Source: Vicinamibacterales bacterium (GTDB lineage: Bacteria; Acidobacteriota; Vicinamibacteria; Vicinamibacterales; CAVVIG01). From it: DNA of 33,093 nt. The position numbers were made by a program, and so were the translations under genes. This document shows positions 8,163 through 16,230 of the stretch, piece after piece. Location: contig DATNBT010000093.1 in assembly GCA_035571855.1 (NCBI GenBank), positions 1 to 33,093 on the forward strand. The letters run 5' to 3'. The notes beneath the pieces are model-generated. The model worked only from the letters and a program-made list of their open reading frames with translations. It was not told the DNA's origin and ran no database searches. How positions within the stretch are numbered: the stretch's first letter is position 1; each line of letters opens with the position of its first letter.

Positions 8163-9146
8163 CTACCGCGACCCTGAAAGGGTCGCTTTCCGCAAACGGT
8201 CAAGTTCGCGCTTGGCCTCGCTGCTCCCGGGATCGAAGCTCAGCGCTTTCGTGAGGTCGGCGACGGCCGACTCGCGGTCACGTTTCGCGAGGTGCGCCCT
8301 GGACAACTCGAGATAGGTCGTGACGGACTTCGGGTAGAACTCGGCGTTCAGCTGCAGCCAGGCGAGCGCGTCGTCCGGCTTTATGGTCGAGAGCGACTCG
8401 CGCGCGAGATCGACCAGCGTCGACTCACGGAAATCGTAGGCGCCGGAGTCGAGATACTGCTGGCGCAGCTCGCGGTACTGCACCACCGCCGCGCCCTCCC
8501 CCTTCCCCAGCATCGTCTGCCGCAGGACGTCGGAGAGCTGCGCCGGCACCGGCACGCCGCGGTGGCACGTCGCGCACTCCACGCGCGTGATGTCCGCGGC
8601 CGGCTTCTTCAGTGCGCTCGCGAGCGTCGCGTTGATGTCCCGGGTCATCGCGAGCATGACGCGCGCGGTGAGCTTCGTGCGCTTGTCGTCGGCGGCGTAG
8701 TCCATCTGCGGCCCGCCGCGTCCACGTCCGCGGCCCCGGCCGGCCTGCGCGGCGGCCCCCTGTCCCTGCTGCCCGCCCCGTGCGCGCTGCTGTTGCGCCT
8801 GCTGAGCCGCCGCCGCAGCCGCAGCAGCCGCCGCGGCCTGCTGCGCCTCCAGTTCTTCGACGGTGAGGAGCGGCGCCGCCTGTTCGATGTGGCAGTAGGT
8901 GCACTGGACGCCGAGCGCGCGCGTGAACTGCTGCATCTGCGCGACGACCTGCGCCGGCGGCGTGTCTTTCGGGAGGACCTGGAGATTCTTCGGCGCCGGC
9001 GGTCCGGCGGGAGCCGCGCCCTGGCCCTGCTGGGCCGTGACAATCGCGGTCGCACAGAGCAGCGTGGCTGTCAGGCAGATGTAGAGCAGACCTTCAGGTC
9101 TGCGGATGCGCCGGCAGGCCTGAAGGCCTGCACTCCGAGTGTTCAT
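8163..9146 (-). CDS. Exported dihaem c-type cytochrome (photosynthetic-reaction-centre cytochrome c-like fold family) with a TPR-like C-terminal domain
   Basis: KNLQVLPKD...FTRALGVQCTYCH (CxxCH at 8889..8903) and VECATCHRGVPVP (8562..8576) match the pattern I associate with PF02276-like acidobacterial cytochromes. A hydrophobic signal segment LLYICLTATLLCATAIVTAQQ is present. The C-terminal part is helical and TPR-like. The ATG at 9146 overlaps the ankyrin stop as ATGA, but the start is uncertain because REP-like hairpins lie within codons 6-21. Confidence 0.8.
   Translation of the reverse strand: MNTRSAGLQACRRIRRPEGLLYICLTATLLCATAIVTAQQGQGAAPAGPPAPKNLQVLPKDTPPAQVVAQMQQFTRALGVQCTYCHIEQAAPLLTVEELEAQQAAAAAAAAAAAQQAQQQRARGGQQGQGAAAQAGRGRGRGRGGPQMDYAADDKRTKLTARVMLAMTRDINATLASALKKPAADITRVECATCHRGVPVPAQLSDVLRQTMLGKGEGAAVVQYRELRQQYLDSGAYDFRESTLVDLARESLSTIKPDDALAWLQLNAEFYPKSVTTYLELSRAHLAKRDRESAVADLTKALSFDPGSSEAKRELDRLRKATLSGSR
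9086..9131. repeat. Inverted pair of REP-like GC hairpins, each a 7-bp stem with a 4-nt loop
   Basis: GCAGACC-TTCA-GGTCTGC lies at 9086..9103 and GCAGGCC-TGAA-GGCCTGC at 9114..9131, separated by 10 nt. The 19-mer GGCAGGCCTGAAGGCCTGC recurs exactly at 24800..24818. Confidence 0.6.
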
Positions 9147-10624
9147 TTCGCGTCCCGCTGCGCGATCAGCTCGCGCAGGAGCGCCGCCGTCTGCTGGCGC
9201 ACGGGCGGCGGACCGCCGGCGCGTCCGCGCGCGCCGATGCCGAGCGCGAGATCGACCGGCGTGTGGCCCTGCCTGTCCTTCACGTCGAGCATCGCGCCGT
9301 GCGCGGCGAGGTACTTCACGATGTCGTCGGACACCTGCGCGGCGAAGTGCATCGCCGTCTGGCCCGCGTCGTTGACCGCATTGACGTCGACGCCGTGCTC
9401 GACGAGCACCTGGACGCCGTTGAACATGTCGCGTTCGGTGCCGATGTCTTTCTGGAAGACGCCGGTCCCGCGGCCGTTGCCGGCGGCGAACATCAGCGCC
9501 GTCGTGTGATTGTTCGTCGTCATCGCCGCGTCGGCGCCGTGCGCGAGCAGGATGCGCATCGCGGCGGCGTCGCCCGTCCTCGCGGCGCGCATCAGCGGCG
9601 TCGCGCCGGCGCCGAGCAGGCCGTCGCCGGGCGTGTGCGCGCGCTGGACGGTCGCGGACCGCAGCTGCGCGTTCACGTTGGCGCCGTGCGCGAGGACCAC
9701 TTTCATGAGATCGAGCGCGGAGATCGTGCTCGTCGACTTGCGGTTGGGCCGCCCGTAGATCTCGGCCGGCATGTCCATGTCGACCGCCGCGTACAGGACC
9801 GCCATGCCGGACGTGTCCGCGAGATTCGGATCCGCGCCGCGCTCGACGAGCATGGCGGCGACGTCGTAGTGCTCGTTGATGGTCGCGAGGATCGCCGGAG
9901 TCGACAGATCGGGATCGCGCGCGTTCTTGTCCGCACCGGCGTCGACGAGCACCTTCGCGGCGTCGAGCGATCCCTGGCGCGCCGCGTACATCAGCGGCGT
10001 CCAATGCCCGTGCGGCAGGATCGTCAGCACGCCTTCGAGGCCGAACCGGTCTTTCGTGTATTTCAGATCGCTCGTCAGCGCGTTGACGTCGGCGCCGTGC
10101 GCGATCAGCTCCTTCGCCGCCTCAGGATGATTTTCGGCGGCGGCCCACATCAGCGCGGTCTCGCCGAGGCGGTCTTCGCGCGCGTTGACGGCCGCGCCGT
10201 GTTCGATGAGCAGCCGCACGGCTTTCGGATTGCCCGTGCGCGCCGCCGCCATCAGGACGGTCTCCCCTTCCTTGATTACTGCCTTCGCGTCGGCGCCGGC
10301 GTTCAGGAGGAGCTCGGTCATGTCGCCGTTCGCGTTGGCCGCGGCGAGCGACAGCGGCGACACGCCGTAGCGGTTCACCGCGTTGACGTTCGCGCCGGCG
10401 GCGATCAGTTCTTTGGCGGTCTCGAGATCTTCGCCGCGAACGGCCCAGTCGAGCGGGGTCGTGCCGTCCGGCTCCGCCGTGTTGACGGCGGCCTTTCCCG
10501 CAGGCGAGGCGAGGATCGAGTGGACGGCGCTGCGATCGCCGGCTTTGACGGCGTCAGCCAGCGTCGGCCCCGCGGCGGAGATCGAGGTGAGCGCGAAGAG
10601 AACCGCGACCGCTGCGTATTTCAC
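9143..10624 (-). CDS. Exported ankyrin-repeat protein, about 10 repeats
   Basis: GTG start at 10624 gives VKYAAVAVLFALTSISAAG, a signal peptide. Repeated ankyrin consensus is present: G.TPL..A...G......LL..GA..N (e.g. DGTTPLDWAVRGEDLETAKELIAAGANVN, GWTPLMYAARQGSLDAAKVLVDAGADKN, GATPLMRAARTGDAAAMRILLAHGAD). The long upstream extension in the ORF track (to 11080) overlaps the DUF1552 gene and is rejected. Confidence 0.9.
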   Translation of the reverse strand: MKYAAVAVLFALTSISAAGPTLADAVKAGDRSAVHSILASPAGKAAVNTAEPDGTTPLDWAVRGEDLETAKELIAAGANVNAVNRYGVSPLSLAAANANGDMTELLLNAGADAKAVIKEGETVLMAAARTGNPKAVRLLIEHGAAVNAREDRLGETALMWAAAENHPEAAKELIAHGADVNALTSDLKYTKDRFGLEGVLTILPHGHWTPLMYAARQGSLDAAKVLVDAGADKNARDPDLSTPAILATINEHYDVAAMLVERGADPNLADTSGMAVLYAAVDMDMPAEIYGRPNRKSTSTISALDLMKVVLAHGANVNAQLRSATVQRAHTPGDGLLGAGATPLMRAARTGDAAAMRILLAHGADAAMTTNNHTTALMFAAGNGRGTGVFQKDIGTERDMFNGVQVLVEHGVDVNAVNDAGQTAMHFAAQVSDDIVKYLAAHGAMLDVKDRQGHTPVDLALGIGARGRAGGPPPVRQQTAALLRELIAQRDAK

Positions 10625-11949
10625 GCGAACAATCCGGAAATGGGCGACTCGCCGTCGCCGAACTGCTTCAGGTTGTCGCCGAACTTGTGCGCCACCGCGA
10701 GCCACAGGTCGCCGACCGGCGTCCGCACCGGCAGCTCGACGTGGCGATAGCCTTTGCCGAGGGCGCCGCCCATGCAGACGACCGGCAGCGGATCGGTGAG
10801 ATGGCCGTTCGGATTGCCCATGCCGCCGCCGCTGATGACCATCGAGTGATCCAGCAGCGTGCCGTCGCCGTCCTCGATCGACTTCAGTCTGGCGATGAAC
10901 TTCGCGAACAGCTGCATGTGATACGTGTTGATCTTCACGTTCTCCGCGATCTTGTAGGGATCGTTGCCGTGGTGCGACACCGTGTGGTGCTGCTCGGTGA
11001 CGCCGATGTTGTTGTACGTCCGCTGGCTCAGCTCGCGCGACAGCATGAACGTGAACACGCGCGTGACGTCCGCCTGCCACGCCGCGGCGACGAGGTCGTA
11101 CATCAGGCCGACGTGATCTTCGAACGAATCCGGCACGCCGACCGGCGCGCCCACGGTGACGGTCGACGAGCCGTGCGCCTCGGCCTGCTGGATGCGGCGC
11201 TCGATTTCACGCAGGTTGTCGAGATACTCGTTGACGCGCGTGCGGTCGCGGCTGCCGAGCGTCCTGCGCAGGTCGCTCGCTTCGGCGGTGATCGAATCGA
11301 GGATGCTCTTCTCCGTGCGCGCGCGCGTCGCGCGGCTCTCGATCGTCCCCGCCTGTCCGAACAGCCGCTCGAACACCAGCCGCGGGTTGATCTCCATCGG
11401 CAGCGGGGTCGTCGGCGAGCTCCACGAGATCGTGTTGAGGTAGGCGCAGCTGAATCCCGGCGAGCACGCGCCGACGTAGCCCGTGAAGTCCTCTGTCGCG
11501 ACTTCGAGCGAGGGGAGCGGGGTGTCCTGGCCGATCTGCTTCGCGATGACCTGATCGATCGTCGTGTTGGCGTAGACGTCTTCGGCTTCAGTCCGCTTCG
11601 GCCACACGCCGGTGAGATAGCCGCCGACGCTGACCGCGTGGTCGCCGACCTGGCTGCCCGGATGCGACCGCGTCAGGTTCTTCACCACGACGAGATGGTC
11701 CTTGAACGGCTCGAGCGGCTGGAGGATCGGCGTGAACTCCCAGCCGGTGCCGAACGACTTCGGGAAGAGCTCGTCGACGATCGCGCCGTTAGGAATGTAG
11801 ATCGCGCCGAACCGCGTCTTCGGCGCGGCCGCGGCCTTCACGAGCGGCGTGAACGCCGGCACCATCGCGTCGAGCAGCGGGAGCGCGATCGCCGCGCCGG
11901 CGCCTCGAAGGAACGTTCGTCGTGAGAGCGAGAGTTTCGTAATGAACAT
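10621..11949 (-). CDS. DUF1552 domain protein with a twin-arginine signal
   Basis: The N-terminus MFITKLSLSRRTFLRGAGAAIALPLLDAM is the characteristic Tat/DUF1552 opening. Its position immediately downstream of a DUF1592-type gene is the canonical pairing. Its stop overlaps the ankyrin GTG start as GTGA. Confidence 0.9.
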   Translation of the reverse strand: MFITKLSLSRRTFLRGAGAAIALPLLDAMVPAFTPLVKAAAAPKTRFGAIYIPNGAIVDELFPKSFGTGWEFTPILQPLEPFKDHLVVVKNLTRSHPGSQVGDHAVSVGGYLTGVWPKRTEAEDVYANTTIDQVIAKQIGQDTPLPSLEVATEDFTGYVGACSPGFSCAYLNTISWSSPTTPLPMEINPRLVFERLFGQAGTIESRATRARTEKSILDSITAEASDLRRTLGSRDRTRVNEYLDNLREIERRIQQAEAHGSSTVTVGAPVGVPDSFEDHVGLMYDLVAAAWQADVTRVFTFMLSRELSQRTYNNIGVTEQHHTVSHHGNDPYKIAENVKINTYHMQLFAKFIARLKSIEDGDGTLLDHSMVISGGGMGNPNGHLTDPLPVVCMGGALGKGYRHVELPVRTPVGDLWLAVAHKFGDNLKQFGDGESPISGLFA

Positions 11950-11950
11950 C

Positions 11951-14299
11951 TCAATTCACCTTCGCGATTTGCTGCGGTTGCGCCATCCGCATCGTGAACG
12001 GGACGCTGTTTACGACCCCGAGGACGATCGTCTGAAACCGGTAATCCTTCGCCGCCGCTTCGCGCATGATCGCACGAACGGCCGGCATGTCGTGCGCGTC
12101 GAGCCCTCGTCCGAGCGCGTAAATCAGCATTTTTTCCGTCATCGTGCGCACGAACACGTCGGGATGCGCCATGAGCGCCTTCCGGAGCGTCACCACCCCG
12201 TCGACCTTGCTGCCGTCGACCAGCTCGCCCGTCGCGTCGATCGGCTTGCCGTTCTCGTCCGTCGACCGCCACGAGCCGGTGACGTCGAAGTTGTCGAGCG
12301 ACAGGCCGATCGGGTCCATCACCTTGTGGCACGTCGCGCACACCGGGTTCCTGCGGTGCTCCGCCATCTGCTCGCGCATCGACTTCGGCGCGTCGTTCGG
12401 ATTCTGATCCGCGAACACGCCGGCGCCGGGAATCGGCGGAGGCGGCGGCACCGGCAGGCCCAGGATGTTTTCGAGAATCCACTTGCCGCGCTCGACCGGC
12501 GACGTGCGTTCGGCGTGCGACGTCACCGCGAGGACGCTGCCCTTGCCGAGCAGGCCGAAGCGGCGCTCGTCGGTGAGCGTCACGCGGCGGAACCGGCTGC
12601 CGTAGATGCCGGGAATGCCGTAGTGTTTCGCCAGCCGCTCGTTCACGAACGTGTAGTTGCCCGTCATCAGGTCGAGGACGGACCGGTCTTCCCGCATGAT
12701 GCTCTCGAAGAAGAGCTCCGTCTCGCGCTTGAAGGCCGAGCGCAGGTTGTCGTCGAAGTCCGGGAAGAGATCCGAGTTCGGCTGGACGTTGCGGACGTTG
12801 CGCAGCTGCAGCCACTGTCCCGCGAAGTTGTCGATGATCGCCTTCGACTTCGGATCGGCGAGCATGCGGTGGACCTGCGCGTCGAGGACGGCCGGATCCT
12901 TCAGCTTGCCCTGCTCCGCCACCGCCAGCAGCTCATCGTCGGGAATGCTGCTCCAGAGAAAAAACGACAGGCGCGACGCGAGCTCGATGTCCGGCAGCCT
13001 GTACGGCGTGCCCGGCTTGACGTTGACCGGATCCTTCTCGACGCGGAAGACGAACCGCGGCGCCGCGAGGATGCGCATCAGCGCCGCTTCGACGCCGGCC
13101 TCGAAGGTCGAGTTCTTCGACGCCTCGCGGTAGATCTGCATGATGCGCTGCATATCCACAGCGCCGACCGGTCCTCGATACGCACGATGCGCGATCCTCG
13201 ACAGGATTCGCTCCGCGCATGTCCCGGTCCCCCTGCACGTGAAGATCGAGCGCCGGCTCGGCGTGTCGCCGGGGCCGCTGGAGTTGAACGGGCCCGTGAT
13301 CGTGAACGTCTGCATGTGCGGACGCCCGGCCCAGTCGAAGTTGTCGATCGAGCTGCGCACGAACGGCTGCAGGCGGTTCGGCTCCTGCACCGGCGCATCC
13401 TCGACGAAGGCGACCGAGACGATGTGCGGACCGGCTTTCACCGGCACGCGCACGCGCAGCCGCGCGTCCACCGCGTCGCTCGTGTCGGTCGGCTTGTCGA
13501 ACAGATCCGCGAGATCTTCCTTCCCGCCGATCGTCGCCAGATACACGCGCCTGCCGTCGATCGCGAACTCGACGTCATGCGGATACTCGAGGCCGCGCAT
13601 GATGTTCAGGTTCGTCCGGTAGAGCTTCACCTGCAGCACGTAGTCGCCGTCCAGCGGGAACGTGTAGCGCACCGACGTGCCGCCGATCGTGCCGAGCGGG
13701 AGGCCTTCGATGTGCTGGTCCTGCGAGAGATCCTGGCGGATGCGGAACGTGTCGCTGCCGGCGGTGATGTCGGGATCGCCGACGGCCACGGCGGCAATCT
13801 TCGCCGCGGCCGACAGGTACTTCTCCTGCAGCGACGGCGACACGCCGAGCACGTCGGAAATGTTGTCGAATCCGTACGCCGCATCGTCGGGCGGCAGGAG
13901 CGAGGTCACGTCGACGTCGAGCGCGAGCAGATCGTGAATCGCGTTGGCGTACTCGCTGCGGTTGAGACGATGCAGGATCGGCGCGCCGGGATTGGGATGC
14001 GCGAGCGCGTCGGCGTCGAGCTCGCGTTCGATCGCGGTCTGCACCGATCGATAGGTCGCCTCATCAGGGCGCCGGGCGCCCTGCGGCGGCATCGCGCGCG
14101 CCTGCAGCTTGCGCACGACTTTCTCCCACATCTCGGGATCGAGCGCGGGATGCGCGGCGTCCGCTTTCTCGAGCGACAGCCCCGAGGTCTTCAGCCGATC
14201 GTTGTGGCACGTGACGCAGTACTGCTTGATCGCGTCCTGCTGCGCGCTGACGACAGCCACCGACAGCACAACAGCAACGGCCCAGACCCCGCGTTTCAT
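11951..14299 (-). CDS. DUF1592/DUF1588/DUF1585-family (planctomycete-type PSCyt/PSD) protein with c-type haem motifs
   Basis: Signal peptide MKRGVWAVAVVLSVAVVSAQQ. Haem motifs CVTCHN...AMPP and NPVCATCHKVMDPIG. Family hallmarks are SRLSFFLWSSIPDDELL, FAGQWLQLRN, NERLAKHYGIPGIYG, TSPVERGKWILENILG and DPIGLSLDNFD. The track start at 14320 is a TTG, so I prefer the ATG at 14299. Confidence 0.9.
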   Translation of the reverse strand: MKRGVWAVAVVLSVAVVSAQQDAIKQYCVTCHNDRLKTSGLSLEKADAAHPALDPEMWEKVVRKLQARAMPPQGARRPDEATYRSVQTAIERELDADALAHPNPGAPILHRLNRSEYANAIHDLLALDVDVTSLLPPDDAAYGFDNISDVLGVSPSLQEKYLSAAAKIAAVAVGDPDITAGSDTFRIRQDLSQDQHIEGLPLGTIGGTSVRYTFPLDGDYVLQVKLYRTNLNIMRGLEYPHDVEFAIDGRRVYLATIGGKEDLADLFDKPTDTSDAVDARLRVRVPVKAGPHIVSVAFVEDAPVQEPNRLQPFVRSSIDNFDWAGRPHMQTFTITGPFNSSGPGDTPSRRSIFTCRGTGTCAERILSRIAHRAYRGPVGAVDMQRIMQIYREASKNSTFEAGVEAALMRILAAPRFVFRVEKDPVNVKPGTPYRLPDIELASRLSFFLWSSIPDDELLAVAEQGKLKDPAVLDAQVHRMLADPKSKAIIDNFAGQWLQLRNVRNVQPNSDLFPDFDDNLRSAFKRETELFFESIMREDRSVLDLMTGNYTFVNERLAKHYGIPGIYGSRFRRVTLTDERRFGLLGKGSVLAVTSHAERTSPVERGKWILENILGLPVPPPPPIPGAGVFADQNPNDAPKSMREQMAEHRRNPVCATCHKVMDPIGLSLDNFDVTGSWRSTDENGKPIDATGELVDGSKVDGVVTLRKALMAHPDVFVRTMTEKMLIYALGRGLDAHDMPAVRAIMREAAAKDYRFQTIVLGVVNSVPFTMRMAQPQQIAKVN

Positions 14300-14391
14300 T
14301 TGTTGAATTCTATCGAACAAATGTCATTTTACTCAAGCGGCCAATGTTAAGCTTCCGCCTTCGCTGCCTGGCGGCGTCGGCGGACAAACCT

Positions 14392-15270
14392 ATGAATCGC
14401 TATTCGTTGTGGGTGATGGAATACGCGCACGTGATGCAGCAGCCGACGAGCCTGTTCATCTACGGTGCGCACAACCAGGGCCATCGCAAGATGCCCTACG
14501 GCTACATCGTCATCAAAGGCGCCGGGATCACGGCGATGATCGACGTCGGCTACAACCACGTCGCATACGGCAAGGAGATGGCGGAGATGTGGGGCGTCGC
14601 CGGCTACCAGCCGCCCCAGACCGTGCTCGCCGAGGTCGGCGTCACGCCCGGCGAGGTGTCGCGCATCTTCATCACGCACGCCCACTTCGACCACATGGGC
14701 AGCCTCGATCAGTATCCGAACGCGACGTTCTACATCCAGGAGCGCGAGCTCTCGAAGTGGGTGTGGTCGATGTCGCTCGAGCGGCGCTTCCGCTGGCTGA
14801 TGCTCGGCATCGACCCGGCGGACATCATGAAGACCGTCGATCTCGCGCGGCAGGGACGGCTCGTGTGCGTCGACGGCGACCGCGAGGACGTCCTGCCGGG
14901 GATCGACCTGCACGCGGCGCACGATACGCACACGTGGGGATCGCAGTACGTCACCGTCCGCAACGACGGCGCGAGTAATTCGCAGAACTCGTGGGTGTTC
15001 GCCGGCGACCTCGTCTACGCGCACGAGAATCTGCGCGGCACCGATCCGAACGACCCGCAGTACGTGCCCGTCGGTCTCGCGACCGGCAGCCAGTTCTCGC
15101 TGATCATGACGGCCGAGGAGATGATCGCGCGCGCCGGCGGCGACTACACGCACGTCATCCCCGTCCACGAAGAGCGGCTGAAGGACGTCTTCCCGTCGCG
15201 CATCACGAAGACAGGTCTCCGCATTACCGAGCTCGCGCTCGCCGACGGCGAGAAGAGCCGCGTCAAGTGA
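14392..15270 (+). CDS. MBL-fold metallo-hydrolase, N-acyl-homoserine-lactonase-like family
   Basis: HxHxDH motif ITHAHFDHMG, with downstream metal-ligand-like H/D motifs (AAHDTHTWG, FAGDLVY, IPVHEE). The start is taken at the MNRYSLWVMEYAHV ATG (14392), which leaves 92 nt of divergent promoter space. The ATG at 14344 is an alternative. Confidence 0.85.
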   Translation: MNRYSLWVMEYAHVMQQPTSLFIYGAHNQGHRKMPYGYIVIKGAGITAMIDVGYNHVAYGKEMAEMWGVAGYQPPQTVLAEVGVTPGEVSRIFITHAHFDHMGSLDQYPNATFYIQERELSKWVWSMSLERRFRWLMLGIDPADIMKTVDLARQGRLVCVDGDREDVLPGIDLHAAHDTHTWGSQYVTVRNDGASNSQNSWVFAGDLVYAHENLRGTDPNDPQYVPVGLATGSQFSLIMTAEEMIARAGGDYTHVIPVHEERLKDVFPSRITKTGLRITELALADGEKSRVK

Positions 15271-15935
15271 GTTCGCTGTCCGGCAAGATCGCGCTCATCA
15301 CAGGATCGACACAAGGCCTCGGTCAGGCCATCGCGCGGAAGTTCTCCGAAGCCGGCTGCATCATCATCAACAACGGCATCGTCGACGGCCGCGTCGTCGG
15401 CGCCGACCTGCGCAAGCCGGCGGACATCGAGAAGATGATCCGCGATGCCGGACCGATCGACATCCTCGTCAACAACGCCGTCGTCAGGCATCAATCCCCG
15501 ATTGAGAGCTTCCCGTCCGACAAGTGGGACGAAGCGCTCGCGGTGAATCTGTCGTCGGCGTTCCACACGATTCGTCTTACGCTCCCGGGAATGAAAGCGC
15601 GCGGATGGGGACGCATCATCAATATGTCGTCGATCTACGGCCAGCGAGGCGCGGCGAACCGGGTCGGCTACGTGACGACGAAGACGGCGCTGATTGGATT
15701 GACGCGCGCGATCGCGCTCGAAGTCGTGAATACCGGCGTGACGTGCAACGCCGTCTGCCCCGGCACCGTCGACGTGCCGATGCACCAGGGCACGGACCTG
15801 AAAGGCAAGCAGCCGACCGGCCGGCTGATTCCCCTCGACGACGTGTCGGCGCTGGTGCTGTTCCTGTGCGGACCGAACAGCAACGACATCAACGGATCGA
15901 TCCTGCCGATCGACGCGGCATGGTCGTCCGGCTAA
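15267..15935 (+). CDS. Short-chain dehydrogenase/reductase (SDR), unusually short at 222 aa
   Basis: Motifs TGSTQGLG (TGxxxGxG), NNAV, MSS and YVTTK (YxxxK). The GTG start overlaps the MBL stop as GTGA at 15267..15270. The stop TAA lies in the loop of a REP-like hairpin. Confidence 0.85.
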   Translation: MSSLSGKIALITGSTQGLGQAIARKFSEAGCIIINNGIVDGRVVGADLRKPADIEKMIRDAGPIDILVNNAVVRHQSPIESFPSDKWDEALAVNLSSAFHTIRLTLPGMKARGWGRIINMSSIYGQRGAANRVGYVTTKTALIGLTRAIALEVVNTGVTCNAVCPGTVDVPMHQGTDLKGKQPTGRLIPLDDVSALVLFLCGPNSNDINGSILPIDAAWSSG

Positions 15936-15943
15936 AGCCGGAC
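15926..15943. repeat. REP-like hairpin GTCCGGC-TAAA-GCCGGAC
   Basis: A perfect 7-bp stem with a 4-nt loop, the same architecture as the hairpins at 9086..9131 and 24801..24818. The loop contains the SDR stop codon (15933..15935). Confidence 0.55.
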
Positions 15944-15954
15944 CCTACCAACCG

Positions 15955-16230
15955 TTACCGAACGATCAATCGCTGGAGCGGGCTGTGGAACACGAACGCC
16001 GCGCTGACCGCCCCGGCGAAAATGCAGGCGCCGATGAAGGCGACCATCGCCGCGCCGAGTTCTACCGTCGGCGCCGCGACCTGTCGAACCGTCCGCGGCG
16101 CGCGGACAGGTCCGCCGTCCGTACAAAGCATCTCCGCAAGCCTGTCTCTCTGCTCGACGCAGCCCGGCGGTGGCGCGAGTCCCTCGTCGAGCGCGTCGAT
16201 CGCTGCCCAGAACGCGGTGTCGTCAACCAT
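15955..16230 (-). CDS. Hypothetical small tail-anchored membrane protein, 91 aa
   Basis: ATG ORF with strongly G/C-biased third positions. A C-terminal hydrophobic segment LGAAMVAFIGACIFAGAVSAAFVF is present. No family recognised. It is the only plausible ORF in the 440-nt gap between the SDR and GlcG genes. Confidence 0.4.
   Translation of the reverse strand: MVDDTAFWAAIDALDEGLAPPPGCVEQRDRLAEMLCTDGGPVRAPRTVRQVAAPTVELGAAMVAFIGACIFAGAVSAAFVFHSPLQRLIVR

Noticed and set aside
9147-11080. N-terminal extensions of the cytochrome ORF (to 10004) and the ankyrin ORF (to 11080) given in the ORF track
   Set aside because: The extensions are Arg/Asp/His-rich and run through the upstream genes. Internal starts (ATG 9146, GTG 10624) give signal peptides and 4-nt stop/start overlaps with the preceding cistron.
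11849-14350. 833-aa plus-strand ORF antisense to the DUF1592 and DUF1552 genes
   Set aside because: It shows the same Arg/Ala/Asp/His-rich shadow-ORF composition. It spans two bona fide genes on the other strand.
14300-14391. Alternative starts: TTG at 14320 for the DUF1592 gene and ATG at 14344 for the MBL gene, as in the ORF track
   Set aside because: The TTG adds 7 residues ahead of a perfectly good ATG and signal peptide (MKRGVWAVAVVL...). The 14344 start would leave only about 23-44 nt for two divergent promoters, and the added peptide (MLSFRLRCLAASADKP) looks non-native. Neither is excluded experimentally.
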